A stretch of DNA of 64,000 bases from an uncultured Gemmatimonadales bacterium (lineage in GTDB: Bacteria; Gemmatimonadota; Gemmatimonadetes; Gemmatimonadales; GWC2-71-9): the NCBI GenBank assembly GCA_963821525.1, contig CAWGED010000005.1, positions 224,001 through 288,000 of the forward strand, written 5' to 3'. The translations under genes and the position numbers were made by a program. The notes below the pieces were generated by a model. The model ran no database searches. It was not told the DNA's origin and was given only the letters and a program-made list of their open reading frames with translations. Shown here piece by piece: positions 52,418 through 62,314 of the stretch. Positions within the stretch are counted from its first letter, which is position 1. Every line of letters starts with the position of its first letter.

Positions 52418-52798
52418 TCAAGATCTTCGGTTGTTCGAGTTTAAGGGTCGCTGAAGTGTCGAAATGAAGGTGTTGAGCATTCGCTGAATCTCGACAGCAA
52501 GTGCGGTTAGCGTCGTGTAATCGTCGTGGGACAGAAGCTCGATGTCTTTGGCCATCAGTAAGAAGTATTCAGTCTCCGCAGCGGAGCGCCTTGCGATGAT
52601 GAGATATCGGGCGGTTTCGCGGTCGCTTGAGCACGCGGTTCCCTCAACGATGTTGGCAGGAACCGAGGAAGCGCAGCGCAGTAGTTGGGCCGCAATGGTG
52701 TAGCGGGCCCAATTGGGGAATGCCTTGGTGACGCGGCATACTCCGATATTGAGCTCGTGGGCTTTCACCCAGACCTTGAGTTTGGAAAAATGTTGCAC
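52418..52798 (-). CDS. Four-helix-bundle protein (23S rRNA IVS-protein-like family)
   Basis: F.KLKVW.KAHEL; FP...RY....QL.R.A.SVPANIVEG; YL.IA..SA.ETEY.L..AKD; 126 aa. Confidence 0.9.
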   Translation of the reverse strand: MQHFSKLKVWVKAHELNIGVCRVTKAFPNWARYTIAAQLLRCASSVPANIVEGTACSSDRETARYLIIARRSAAETEYFLLMAKDIELLSHDDYTTLTALAVEIQRMLNTFISTLQRPLNSNNRRS

Positions 52799-52905
52799 GG
52801 CGATCTCTCATGTTCCCTCAACACTAGTGTGACCAGGCCTTGGTAGTGCATCATTTGCCGACGGCGCTATGCTAGAAAACGCGGTTTCTCCTGCTTATGT
52901 CTGTT

Positions 52906-52933
52906 CTGACGGCTGACGGCTGACGGCTGACGG
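52906..52933 (+). repeat. (CTGACGG)x4, reverse complement of the 52320-52382 array
   Basis: ctgacggctgacggctgacggctgacgg. Confidence 0.95.
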
Positions 52934-52951
52934 CGACTTCAACCCCTGGCC

Positions 52952-54301
52952 ATGTCTTCAATCCTCATCGCGGACGACCAACCCGACATCCTTCAGGCTC
53001 TCCGGTTCTTACTAAAGGCCGAAGGCTTTGCCGTCGATACGGTCAGCTCGCCAGGAGGCGTGCTGTCGGCGATCGAACGGAAGGATTACGACGTCGTCCT
53101 GATGGACCTCAACTACACTCGGGACACCACGTCAGGCCGTGAAGGATTCGATCTCCTCAGCCGGATCCGGTTGCTCGACGCGACACTCCCGGTCGTGGTG
53201 ATGACCGCCTACAGCAGCGTCGAGGGCGCAGTCGAGGCGATGCGGGGCGGCGCCCGAGATTATGTCGAGAAGCCGTGGGACAATGCTCGGCTGGTTGCGA
53301 CGCTCAAGACTCAGGTCGAGCTGGGCAAGGCGTTGCGCAAGAGCCTCCGGCTGGAGAGCGAGAACCAGAGCCTCCGCCGCGAAGGCGTACCCGACATGGT
53401 CGCCGAGTCGCCCGCGATGCGCGCGGTGATGCGGTTGATGGAGCGGGTGGGGCCGTCGGAAGCGAACGCCGTCATCCTGGGCGAGCACGGCACAGGCAAG
53501 GAGGTGGCGGCGCGCTGGCTGCACGCCGCCTCGGCGCGGGCCCAGAGACCGATGATCACGGTGAATGTGGGCGGCCTCTCCGAGGGTGTTTTCGAGAGCG
53601 AGCTCTTCGGTCACCTGAAGGGAGCTTTCACCGATGCCAAGGCCGACCGCATCGGGCGCTTCGAGCTGGCGGATGGTGGGACGCTGCTCCTGGACGAGAT
53701 CGCCAACATCACTCTCGGCCAGCAGGCCAAGCTGCTGCGCGTCCTGCAAATCGGGGAATTGGAACGGGTCGGCTCCTCCAAGACCCGCAAGGTCGACGTT
53801 CGAGTCCTCTCGGCGACCAACGCCGATCTCCGGGCAGAAGTTGCCGCCGGGCGTTTCCGGGAAGATCTGCTCTACCGCCTCAACACCATCGAGATCCGGC
53901 TTCCTCCGCTCCGGGATCGGCGGGAAGACATCCCGCTTCTCGCGAGCACCTTCCTCCGCCGTCACGCGACGCGCTACCGGAAGCCGGTCACCGGGTTCAA
54001 CCCGGCAGCGATGCAGGCCCTGCTGAGTTACATCTGGCCCGGCAACGTCCGCGAGCTCGACCATACTATTGAAAGGGCGGTCCTTCTTACGGATCAGGCC
54101 GAAATCGATCCCGCCGACCTGAGTCTCATGCCACCTTCCGACGGCGCCGCCCAGTTGGAGGCGATGACACTCGAGGATGTGGAGCGGTTGCTGGTGCAGA
54201 AAGCGCTGGCTCGCTCCGGCGGCAGTGTGTCGGATGCGGCGAAAGCGCTGGGCCTCAGTCGAAGTGCACTGTATCGGCGGCTTGAGCGGTTTGGGATGTA
54301 G
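52952..54301 (+). CDS. NtrC-family sigma54-dependent response regulator
   Basis: Receiver domain; [29 protein letters not shown]; Fis-type HTH. Confidence 0.95.
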   Translation: MSSILIADDQPDILQALRFLLKAEGFAVDTVSSPGGVLSAIERKDYDVVLMDLNYTRDTTSGREGFDLLSRIRLLDATLPVVVMTAYSSVEGAVEAMRGGARDYVEKPWDNARLVATLKTQVELGKALRKSLRLESENQSLRREGVPDMVAESPAMRAVMRLMERVGPSEANAVILGEHGTGKEVAARWLHAASARAQRPMITVNVGGLSEGVFESELFGHLKGAFTDAKADRIGRFELADGGTLLLDEIANITLGQQAKLLRVLQIGELERVGSSKTRKVDVRVLSATNADLRAEVAAGRFREDLLYRLNTIEIRLPPLRDRREDIPLLASTFLRRHATRYRKPVTGFNPAAMQALLSYIWPGNVRELDHTIERAVLLTDQAEIDPADLSLMPPSDGAAQLEAMTLEDVERLLVQKALARSGGSVSDAAKALGLSRSALYRRLERFGM

Positions 54302-54303
54302 TA

Positions 54304-54438
54304 CAGCCGTCAGCGCAGCTCAGCCGTCAGCAGGGCACCTCAAGTTGGTTAGATCCCTCGCCGCTACGATCCCCGGGATGAGGTACTCTGAAATGCTCTC
54401 GCTGATGGCTGACGGCTGACGGCTGATGCTGACGGCTG
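54304..54438. repeat. Inverted AGCCGTC / GACGGCT arrays enclosing about 70 nt
   Basis: cagccgtcagc..cagccgtcagc at 54304-54331; gctgatggctgacggctgacggctgatgctgacggctg at 54401-54438. Confidence 0.85.
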
Positions 54439-54465
54439 CCGTCTCACCCCCACATATTCCCGCCA

Positions 54466-55783
54466 ATGCGCTCCACATCCCACCCAAAACGAGTCCTGCT
54501 GCTGGCACTGATGGCGACGCTGCCCGCCACGGTGTTCGCGCTGGTCTTCGTGTGGGTGGGAGACTACTCCTCGAAGGTCCAATGGACCGTCACGATGGTG
54601 GTGGCGCTCGGGCTTCTGATCGGCGCGACCGCAGTGTACGACCGTGTCGTCCTTCCACTCCAGACCGTTTCCAATCTCCTCGCCGCTCTGCGCGAGGGCG
54701 ACTACTCCCTGCGCGCCCGGGGCGCCACGCCGGATGATCCACTGGGACTGGTTTATCTCGAGGCGAACGCGCTGCGCGACACGCTCCGCGAACAGCGACT
54801 CGGCGCTCTCGAAGCAACCGCCCTGCTTCGCACGGTGATGGCGGAGATCGACGTCGCGGTCCTGAGCTTCGATGAGAATGGACGGCTGCGGCTGGTGAAT
54901 CGGGCCGGGGAACGGTTTCTCGGGCAGCCGGCCGAGCGCGCCCTCGGGCTCGACGCGGAGACCTTGGGACTCGCGGGCAGCTTCGAGGGAGAGAGCCCTC
55001 GGGTGATCGAACGGGGCAGCACGCCCGCCGTCCGCTGGGAGTTGCGTCGCACCAGCTTTCGGGAGGGAGGAAAACCGCACCAGTTGCTCGTGTCTGGCGG
55101 ATGTGAGCCGCACACTCCAGGTCGAAGAGAGGCAGGCATGGCAGCGGCTGGTCCGCGTCCTGAGCCACGAGATCAACAATTCTCTGGCGCCGATTCGGTC
55201 CCTCGCCGGCAGCCTGCGCTCGGCGCTGGATCGCCGGGCCACTCCCAGCGAGACGGATGGCGCCGATCTGCGTCACGGACTCGACATCATCGGTCAACGC
55301 GCGGAAGCGTTGGCGCGCTTCATGGGCGCCTACGCCCGACTCGCCCGATTGCCCAAACCGGTCCTGGCGAAGATGGCGGTCGAGCCCTGGGTCCAGCGCG
55401 TGGTGGGACTGGTCCAGGATACCCGAGTCCGCATTGCCGGCGGACCCGAAGTGAGCATCGCGGCCGACGCCGATCAGCTGGATCAGTTGCTGATCAACCT
55501 GGTGCGCAACGCGATTGAAGCGATGGGCGGAGGCCCTGGCGAAGTCACGGTAAGCTGGAAAAAGGCAGGGCAGGGGCTGGAGCTATTCGTGGAAGATGAT
55601 GGCCCCGGCCTGAGTGAGACCGGCAACCTCTTCGTTCCTTTCTATACCACGAAGCCCGGCGGTTCCGGGATCGGGCTGGTCCTGAGCCGGCAAATCGCCG
55701 AGGGCCACCGTGGGGCCCTTCATTTAGAGAACAGGCGAGGCCGGGCCGGGTGCAGGGCCAAGGTCTGGCTTCCGGTCCTCTGA
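54466..55783 (+). CDS. Sensor histidine kinase (frameshift near 55100)
   Basis: 2 TM helices, HAMP/PAS; VLSHEINNSL; NLVRNA; DDGPG; GSGIGL. Confidence 0.9.
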
Positions 55784-55933
55784 TCCCGTCTCGCTGGAAC
55801 GTATCCTGCCTCCTGTAGCTTCCGGAATCGGGCGAGCCGAGCTGAAGCACAAAGCGTTTGACAGGCTGACTCCGGCCCGGTAGGTTGATGTAACTCCCTG
55901 TTGGGCAATCGTTTCCCGTCGTCAGGACCATTC

Positions 55934-58900
55934 GTGGCGAGCTTCGGTAAGCCGAGCCGTCGGGGTAGTCTTGTGAGGGTTTCCCAGGTTCTCCTGGGGG
56001 TTTTTGTGTTGACCACCTGTGGTCAGGACTGCAGCAACCGGTCCGGGCCGCCAGGTGAACGGGTACATCGATGCGACCGCCCTGCTTCGGGCCGGTGGGC
56101 AAGTCCCGATCCCGGTTACCGAAGTCTTCGTAGAGTTACGCCGCACCAGCGATTCCTCCGTCGCATTCAGCCGGCTCCTCACCGGCAGCGAGATCGATCA
56201 GGCCGCGACGACTCTCCAAGTACGAATCCGGGTCGAGCTGCATCAGTCACCGGAAGATTTCTTTCTCTGCTGCAGGCGCGGGGCGGCGGTGTCACGTACT
56301 ACGAGGTGCGCAGCACTGTCACCGCGACTTCCGGCGGCCGACCACGACCCAGCCGTATACACCGCAATACGTCGGCCCCGGCGCGAGCGGGGTGGACAGC
56401 GTCGTACTCGCGATTTCCAATCCGTACACTCCGGCCGGTGGTACCACAGTCGCGACCGCATCGGTCTACGCCAACAATGCCGTGGTGCCCGGTGTCCCCG
56501 TCGGCTTCATCTCTAGCGATCCCACCAAAGTTCCGACGCCGGTCAACAACGGGATCAGCCAAGCGGTGGTCCTCGCTCCGCCGACCGGGGACGACAGCGT
56601 CGTGATCACCGCAGTGACGCCGGTTCTGCCGGCGGTCTCCGACACGGCGACCTTCCACTACGTCCCGGTCGCGGCCCGCATCATCGCGGTTTCGGGTGAC
56701 GCGCAATCGGGTCTCATCGGAACCGCCTTCGGGCTGCCGCTCATCGTGGAGGTTCAGGACGCTGGTGGAGCTCCGTATCGCGGCGGGTACCCGGTCGCGT
56801 TTGGCGTGGCGAGCGGGCCGACCGGCACGTCGGTGGCGCCCACCACGGTCAACACGGATCTGACTGGTCGAGCGCAGACCATACTCACGGCAGGGAGTGC
56901 TGTCGGGACCCTCTCGGTGACTGCGACTGCAACGGGACTGACCGGCTCGCCATTGACCTTCAATGGCACGGTGACAACCGGCGGTCCCGGGGTCCCGACC
57001 ACCGTCGCGGTCGCCGGGGGCAACAACCAGAGCGACAGCGTGAACCACGTCCTGCGCGAACCCACTGGTCGTTTTGGTGAGCGACCAAGTTCGGCAATCC
57101 CGTTTCGGGCGTCACCGTTTCATGGACCGCGAGCGACGGGAGTCTCTCGGCACCGACCTCCAACACCAATGCCAGCGGCCAAGCCTCGATCAACTGGACG
57201 CTGGGCTCCGCCCAAGCCAATCCGACCGTTACCGCGACCGTATCGGGCCTCACACCAGTGGTGTTCCAGGCGACGACGCTCTTCCCAGGGCCCCAGGTTC
57301 TGATCTCGCAGGCGGGCGTTCCCGGCGTAGGGATCGGGCTTACCGCGACGATAGACGTTGCTTTGACGGGCCCGGCCGGCGCGGGCGGAGTCTCGGTGGC
57401 GCTGTCGAGTTCGGCGACGGGAATCTTCACCGTCGCTCCGGCGACTCTGAACATCCCGCAGGGTGCCACGGCGGGAACGGCCACGATCACCGGGGTATCG
57501 AGCGGTATCGCGACGCTCACCGGAACCGCGACCGGATACATCACCGGGTCGCTGTCGGTTAACGTGCAGAACCGGAACATCAGCATCCCCGTCACGCTGA
57601 ACGTTCCCTACGGTCAGAGCGGCGTGTCGCTGCCGATTCAGATTCCCGCACCCGCGCCAGCCGGCGGGGTGACCTTCACGGTGACCTCGAGCGCGCCAAC
57701 CCTGGTTGGAGTATCGACGCCCACGGTGACTATCGCCGCGGGAGGCCAGACGGCGAACGCGCTGCTGAATGGTCTGCTGCCGGGTCCATCCACGGTCACC
57801 GTCGCCAACGCTGCGTATGTGACGGCGACCTCTACCGTGACCACCGCGGCGGCGCTCGATCTCCAGCAGACCTCGGCCACCCTCAACTCGAGTTTCGGCG
57901 TCCAGGTCGATATCAACTTCACCAGCAATAGCCAGGGCATCGCGGCGCCGGCGCCGGGCGTTCCGGTTGTGCGGTGATCACCGATGCGACCTGCCTCAAG
58001 GCTGTCACCAGTCCGATCACGATTCCGACCGGTATGGTATCGGTCCCGATGGCGCTGGTGTACGGCGGGACGGCCAGCTTGCCGTGCACGACGCAGCTCA
58101 AGGTGACCGCGGCCAACATCCAGCCGACAGCATCAGCGTCACGGTCCAGCCACAGCCTGCCATTACGCTCAATGCGGCGACGGTGGGCAGCGGACTTCAA
58201 GTGGCGGTATCGGGTCTGCTGGGCGCTACGAATCATGGCGGCGCCACGGTGACGCTGAGCAGCGGAAACAGCAACTTGCTTCTCTCCCGCAACGCCACGA
58301 CGCCGGGCTCGGCCTCCATAACGGTGACCGTCCCGGTATTCCAGCAGAGCTTCAGCTACTACATCCAGGCCAAGGAGGGGCTGACTGGGACGACGCCGAT
58401 TACGGTTACCGCGCGGGCGCCGGGCTTTATCGACGGCACCATCAACCATGACCTGGTGCAAGGTGCGATCGACCTGATCGGGGTTCCGACAAGCACGACC
58501 ACGTTGTCGTCGAGTTCCGCCATCTATGCGCGGACGGGTATTCCGAATTCCCAGACGTCACCTACTGGGCTGGTTCAGCTCCAAGCGATCCGTGCCGGGG
58601 CGCCGGGTGCTCTAATCGTCACATTCCAGGATGACGATCCCAACGGCGCGTCGACCCTGATCGTGAAGGGCCCGGTCACCCAGGATACACTCAACGCGCA
58701 GGTTCCGGTGGGGGGCACCAACACGCCGACGGATACGACTTCGGGCGGTGTCGCGATTCTGCCCCAGGGTTCGGGCACCAGCACCATCTCCGCAATAGCG
58801 GCGGGCTTCCTCCAGGTACCCACCGCGGTGGCGTCACCGGTCACTATCGCCCAGCCCGGTATCACGCTGAGCAGCGGGAATGTCGGCAGCGGGCTTCAGG

Positions 58901-60935
58901 TCAGCGCCTCGGGCAACCTCGCCGCTCCGAACCACGGTGGTGTCGGCGTTACCCTGACCAGCGGGAATGCGGCCCTGCTGTTCTCGCCCAACGCTACGAC
59001 ACCGGGTACCAGCAGCATCACGGTCAATGTACCGAACGGCCAGACCTTCTTCAGCTACTACGTGCAGGGCCTCGAGGGCCAAACCGGGACCAGGCCGGTC
59101 ACGCTCACTGCCAGCGCTCCGGGCTTTGCCGACGGTACCACGACGTACAACCTGATGCAGGGCGCCATCGACCTGATCGGGGTGCCAGCCAATACCACTA
59201 CGTTGTCGCCGATTGCCAGCATCTACGCTCGGACTGGTGTCCCGAATTCGACCTCCTCCCCCACGGGCCTGACGCAGCTGCAGGATGTGAGAGCCGGAGC
59301 TCCAGGCCCGGTGACGGTGGTCTTCCAAGACAACGATCCCAATGGCGCCACGACGCTCATCGTGAAGGGTCCGACTACCCAGGACACGCTCACCGCACAG
59401 GTCCCCGTCCTCGGTTCCAACACGCCGACCGACACGACGTCGGGCGGAGTAGCACTCCTGCCGCAGGCTGCGGGCACCAGTACCATTTCGGCGGTCGCGA
59501 CCGGCTTCCTACAGGTGACATCTCGGCGGGCCTGGGGTAACCGTCGCTCAGCCGACCTCAGCGTCAGCGCGGTCACCGTGGGCAGCGGGCTTCAGATCAA
59601 CACTTTCGGCAACCTGGCCGCTCCGGCGCCGACCGCGAACTTCCCGGTGACGTTGGTGAGCGGCAACCCCAACCTGCTGCTGGCGCCCAACGCCACCACC
59701 GTCGGCACGGGCTCGATCACCTTGACCCTGGCGCAGGGCGCCCAGTCCTTCTCGTTCTACGTGCAGGGCAAGGAAGGACTGACCGGGACCACGTCGGTCA
59801 CGGTGACCGGCAGTGCCGCCGGCTTCGCCGACGGGACGGCGAACATGAGCCTGGTGCAGGGCGCGCTTGATCTGATCGGGGTTCCGGCGAATACCACGAC
59901 GCTCTCGCCGATCTCGAACATCTACGCCCGAACCGGCATTCCGAACGTGCAGATCTCGCCGACAGCCCTGACCCAGTTGCAGAATGTGCGCTTCGGCGCT
60001 CCGGGGGCGCTGACGGTCAATTTCCTGAGCACGAGCGCTGCCGTGGCGGATCTGCTCAAGGCCGGCCCGTCTGCCTCGGGAAGCCAGACGGCCACGATTC
60101 CGATCGGAAGTTCCAATACTCCGACCGACACCACCTCGGGCGGGGTCGCTATCCGGCCTCTGCTCTCCGGCACCACGACGATCAGGGCCTCGATCACCGG
60201 CTTCCTTCAGGTCACCAGCGCTGCCGGCTCCCCGGTCTCGATCGCGCAGCCCGGGATCACGGTGAACGGGACAACCGTGGGGAGCGGCCTCCAGATCAAT
60301 GCCTTCGGCTCGCTCGGCGCCCCGAACCATGGCGGTGTGACGGTCACGCTGGTAAGCAGCAACGGAGCGCTCCTGCTCGCGCCCGATGCGAATACGCCGG
60401 GCACCAGCTCCATCAACATCTTCGTCCCGAACGGCACCCAGTCCTTCGGGTTCTACGAGCAGGGCCTGGAGGGACAGACCGACACCGTGACGGCGGCGAT
60501 TACCGCTACCGCCTCCGGCTTCACGACCGGCAACGGCACGGCGGACGTGGTACCTGCGGCTTCGATGTGATCGGGCTGCCGGCTTCGCCGACCGCGGGAG
60601 GGCCGGATGTCGCCTTCTACGTCCGAACCGGCATTGCCAACCAGACCTACACCGCCCTGACCCAGCTGCAGAACGTCCGGGATCGGGGCGCCCGCAGCCG
60701 ATCAACGTCACGGTAGCGACCGACGCCGTGGCCATCGGCCCGCTGGTGACGAGTAGCGGGACTGCCGCCAGTGTCCCGCTGCAGATTCCCGTGCTGAGCT
60801 CCAACACGCCGACCAGTGTTGCCACTGGTGGCGTGGCCTTCCGTCCCGCCGCTGGCCGGTGCCGTGACGATCACCACGACCATTCCAGGGCTGATCGGCA
60901 CGACCTCCGCGATCACAATCATCACGGTCCAGTAA
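55934..60935 (+). CDS. Large Thr/Gly/Ser-rich surface protein with Ig-like domains and four ~233-aa tandem repeats (multiple indels)
   Basis: Possible lipobox VLTTC; Ig-like SGDAQSG and GGNNQS segments; pieces in ORFs 56019, 56392, 57258, 57967 and 60728; stop TAA 60933-60935. Confidence 0.75.
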
Positions 60936-60952
60936 AGCGACCTAACCCCCTG

Positions 60953-60978
60953 TCCCCCTTCCCTACTGGGAAGGGGGA
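60953..60978. terminator. 11-bp stem hairpin after the surface-protein gene
   Basis: TCCCCCTTCCC-TACT-GGGAAGGGGGA. Confidence 0.55.
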
Positions 60979-61018
60979 ACGGTAGCCGTTGGCTCCTCGA
61001 TTCGATCGTCGGCGATAG

Positions 61019-61115
61019 CTGTCATTCCGAGACGTAGCGAGGAAACCAGATGCCTGGCCTCTCGCGGAGCCTTCCGCAGTGGGATTCCTCGTCGCTTCGC
61101 TCCTCGGAATGACAG
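61019..61115. repeat. 97-nt palindromic REP/MITE-like element
   Basis: 13-bp terminal inverted repeat CTGTCATTCCGAG / CTCGGAATGACAG; inner CGAGGAA / TTCCTCG pair. Confidence 0.7.
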
Positions 61116-61141
61116 TTCAACAAGGGATGGTTCCCTGATCG

Positions 61142-61189
61142 ACTTTACATTACAAAGTACTTGACATTACTGCCTCCAGCCCCAAGATT
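61142..61189 (+). promoter_or_regulatory. Operator ACTTT-N7-AAAGT adjacent to a sigma70-like promoter
   Basis: Palindrome at 61142-61158; TTGACA at 61161-61166; weak -10 about 17 nt later. Confidence 0.7.
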
Positions 61190-61195
61190 GCAGCC

Positions 61196-61816
61196 ATGCC
61201 CGCCCGCCCCGTCCGTCCCGTCCGCCCTGTCTCCGACACCGAAATCCCGATCCAGGATCGGGCGCTGGAGAACCTGCGCTTTATCCGGGACACGATGGAG
61301 CACGCCGGACCCTTTACCGCCGTGCCAGGGTGGGGTGGGGTAGCGATGGGGGTAACGGCGCTGGGAGCGGCTCTGGTTGCGCAGGCCCAGACTACCCCCG
61401 ACCGGTGGCTGCTCGCCTGGATCGTCGAAGGCTGGCTGGCGTTTGCGATTGGGGGAGTGGCCATGGTAAGGAAAGCGGGAATCGGTTCTACCCCGCTCAC
61501 TTCCAAGCCCGGGCGCCGCTTCGTCCTCGCCTACGCCCCGCCGATGCTGGTCGGTGGCCTCCTCACGTTCGCTCTCTACCGGGCCGGGCTCACCGGGTTG
61601 CTTCCGGCTCTCTGGTTGCTGCTGTACGGCACCGCAGTGGTTACCGGTGGCGCCATGTCGGTTCCTGTGGTCCCCGTGATGGGGGCCTGCTTCATTCTCC
61701 TGGGGGCCATCGCACTGTTGGCGCCGGTCGCCTGGAGTAACGCCCTGATGGCCCTCGGCTTCGGAGGGTTGCACATCGGATTCGGGGCCTGGATTGCAAG
61801 GAGGTACGGTGGCTAA
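61196..61816 (+). CDS. Multi-pass membrane protein
   Basis: ALENLRFIRDTME followed by about 6 TM helices. Confidence 0.8.
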   Translation: MPARPVRPVRPVSDTEIPIQDRALENLRFIRDTMEHAGPFTAVPGWGGVAMGVTALGAALVAQAQTTPDRWLLAWIVEGWLAFAIGGVAMVRKAGIGSTPLTSKPGRRFVLAYAPPMLVGGLLTFALYRAGLTGLLPALWLLLYGTAVVTGGAMSVPVVPVMGACFILLGAIALLAPVAWSNALMALGFGGLHIGFGAWIARRYGG

Positions 61817-62192
61817 GTCGAACGCGGCCCGGCAAACTGCGGGCGGAAAACCAGCAGCGACCAAACGCCTGGAGGCGATAGCGGGGCTCAAGGCCGCGGC
61901 ACCGGCAGAGCTCGATCGCCTGATTCACGAGCGGCTCCGGCTCGGCGTGGTGAGCGCCCTCGCGGTCAACCCGTCGCTCACGTTCAATGAGCTCAAGGCC
62001 CTGCTCAAGACCACCGACGGTAACCTCAGCGTCCATGCCCGGAAGCTGGAGGACGCGGGCTACGTGCAGTGCACCAAGTCGTTCGAGGGGCGGACGCCGC
62101 GCACCGAATACCGGTTGGCTGCGGCTGGGCGGAGAGCGCTGGAAGACTATCTGGACCACATGGAGGGGTTGATAAGGATGATGAGGGGGTAG
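61809..62192 (+). CDS. Winged-helix transcriptional regulator (MarR/ArsR-like)
   Basis: LDRLIHERLRLG..TDGNLSVHARKLEDAGYV..KSFEGRTPRTEY. Confidence 0.9.
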   Translation: MAKSNAARQTAGGKPAATKRLEAIAGLKAAAPAELDRLIHERLRLGVVSALAVNPSLTFNELKALLKTTDGNLSVHARKLEDAGYVQCTKSFEGRTPRTEYRLAAAGRRALEDYLDHMEGLIRMMRG

Positions 62193-62297
62193 GGACGGGA
62201 GACAGGAGTCAGGAGACAGGGACGAGACGACGGGAGAAGTGTCAGGGGACGACGTTAGACCTTGACCTCGACACTTCGACCCTTTTTTTAACCCCTA

Positions 62298-62314
62298 ACT
62301 TTACCATGCAAAGT
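62298..62314 (+). promoter_or_regulatory. Second ACTTT-N7-AAAGT operator, overlapping the next ATG
   Basis: ACTTT-ACCATGC-AAAGT; ATG at 62306. Confidence 0.7.

Noticed and set aside
52320..52933. CRISPR array or diversity-generating retroelement
   Set aside because: Repeats are 7-nt tandem units without spacers and there are no cas genes. No reverse transcriptase or template/variable repeat pair was seen despite the Avd-like fold.
53620..53640. GAFTDA instead of GAFTGA as a sign of an inactive activator
   Set aside because: A common variant in sigma54 activators; the other AAA+ motifs are intact.
1617..60935. Roughly 20 frameshifted genes read as pseudogenes or programmed frameshifts
   Set aside because: Breaks hit housekeeping genes (pdhA, cydA), both halves stay conserved, and I saw no shared slippery motif. 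Uncorrected long-read indels are the simplest explanation; check with reads.
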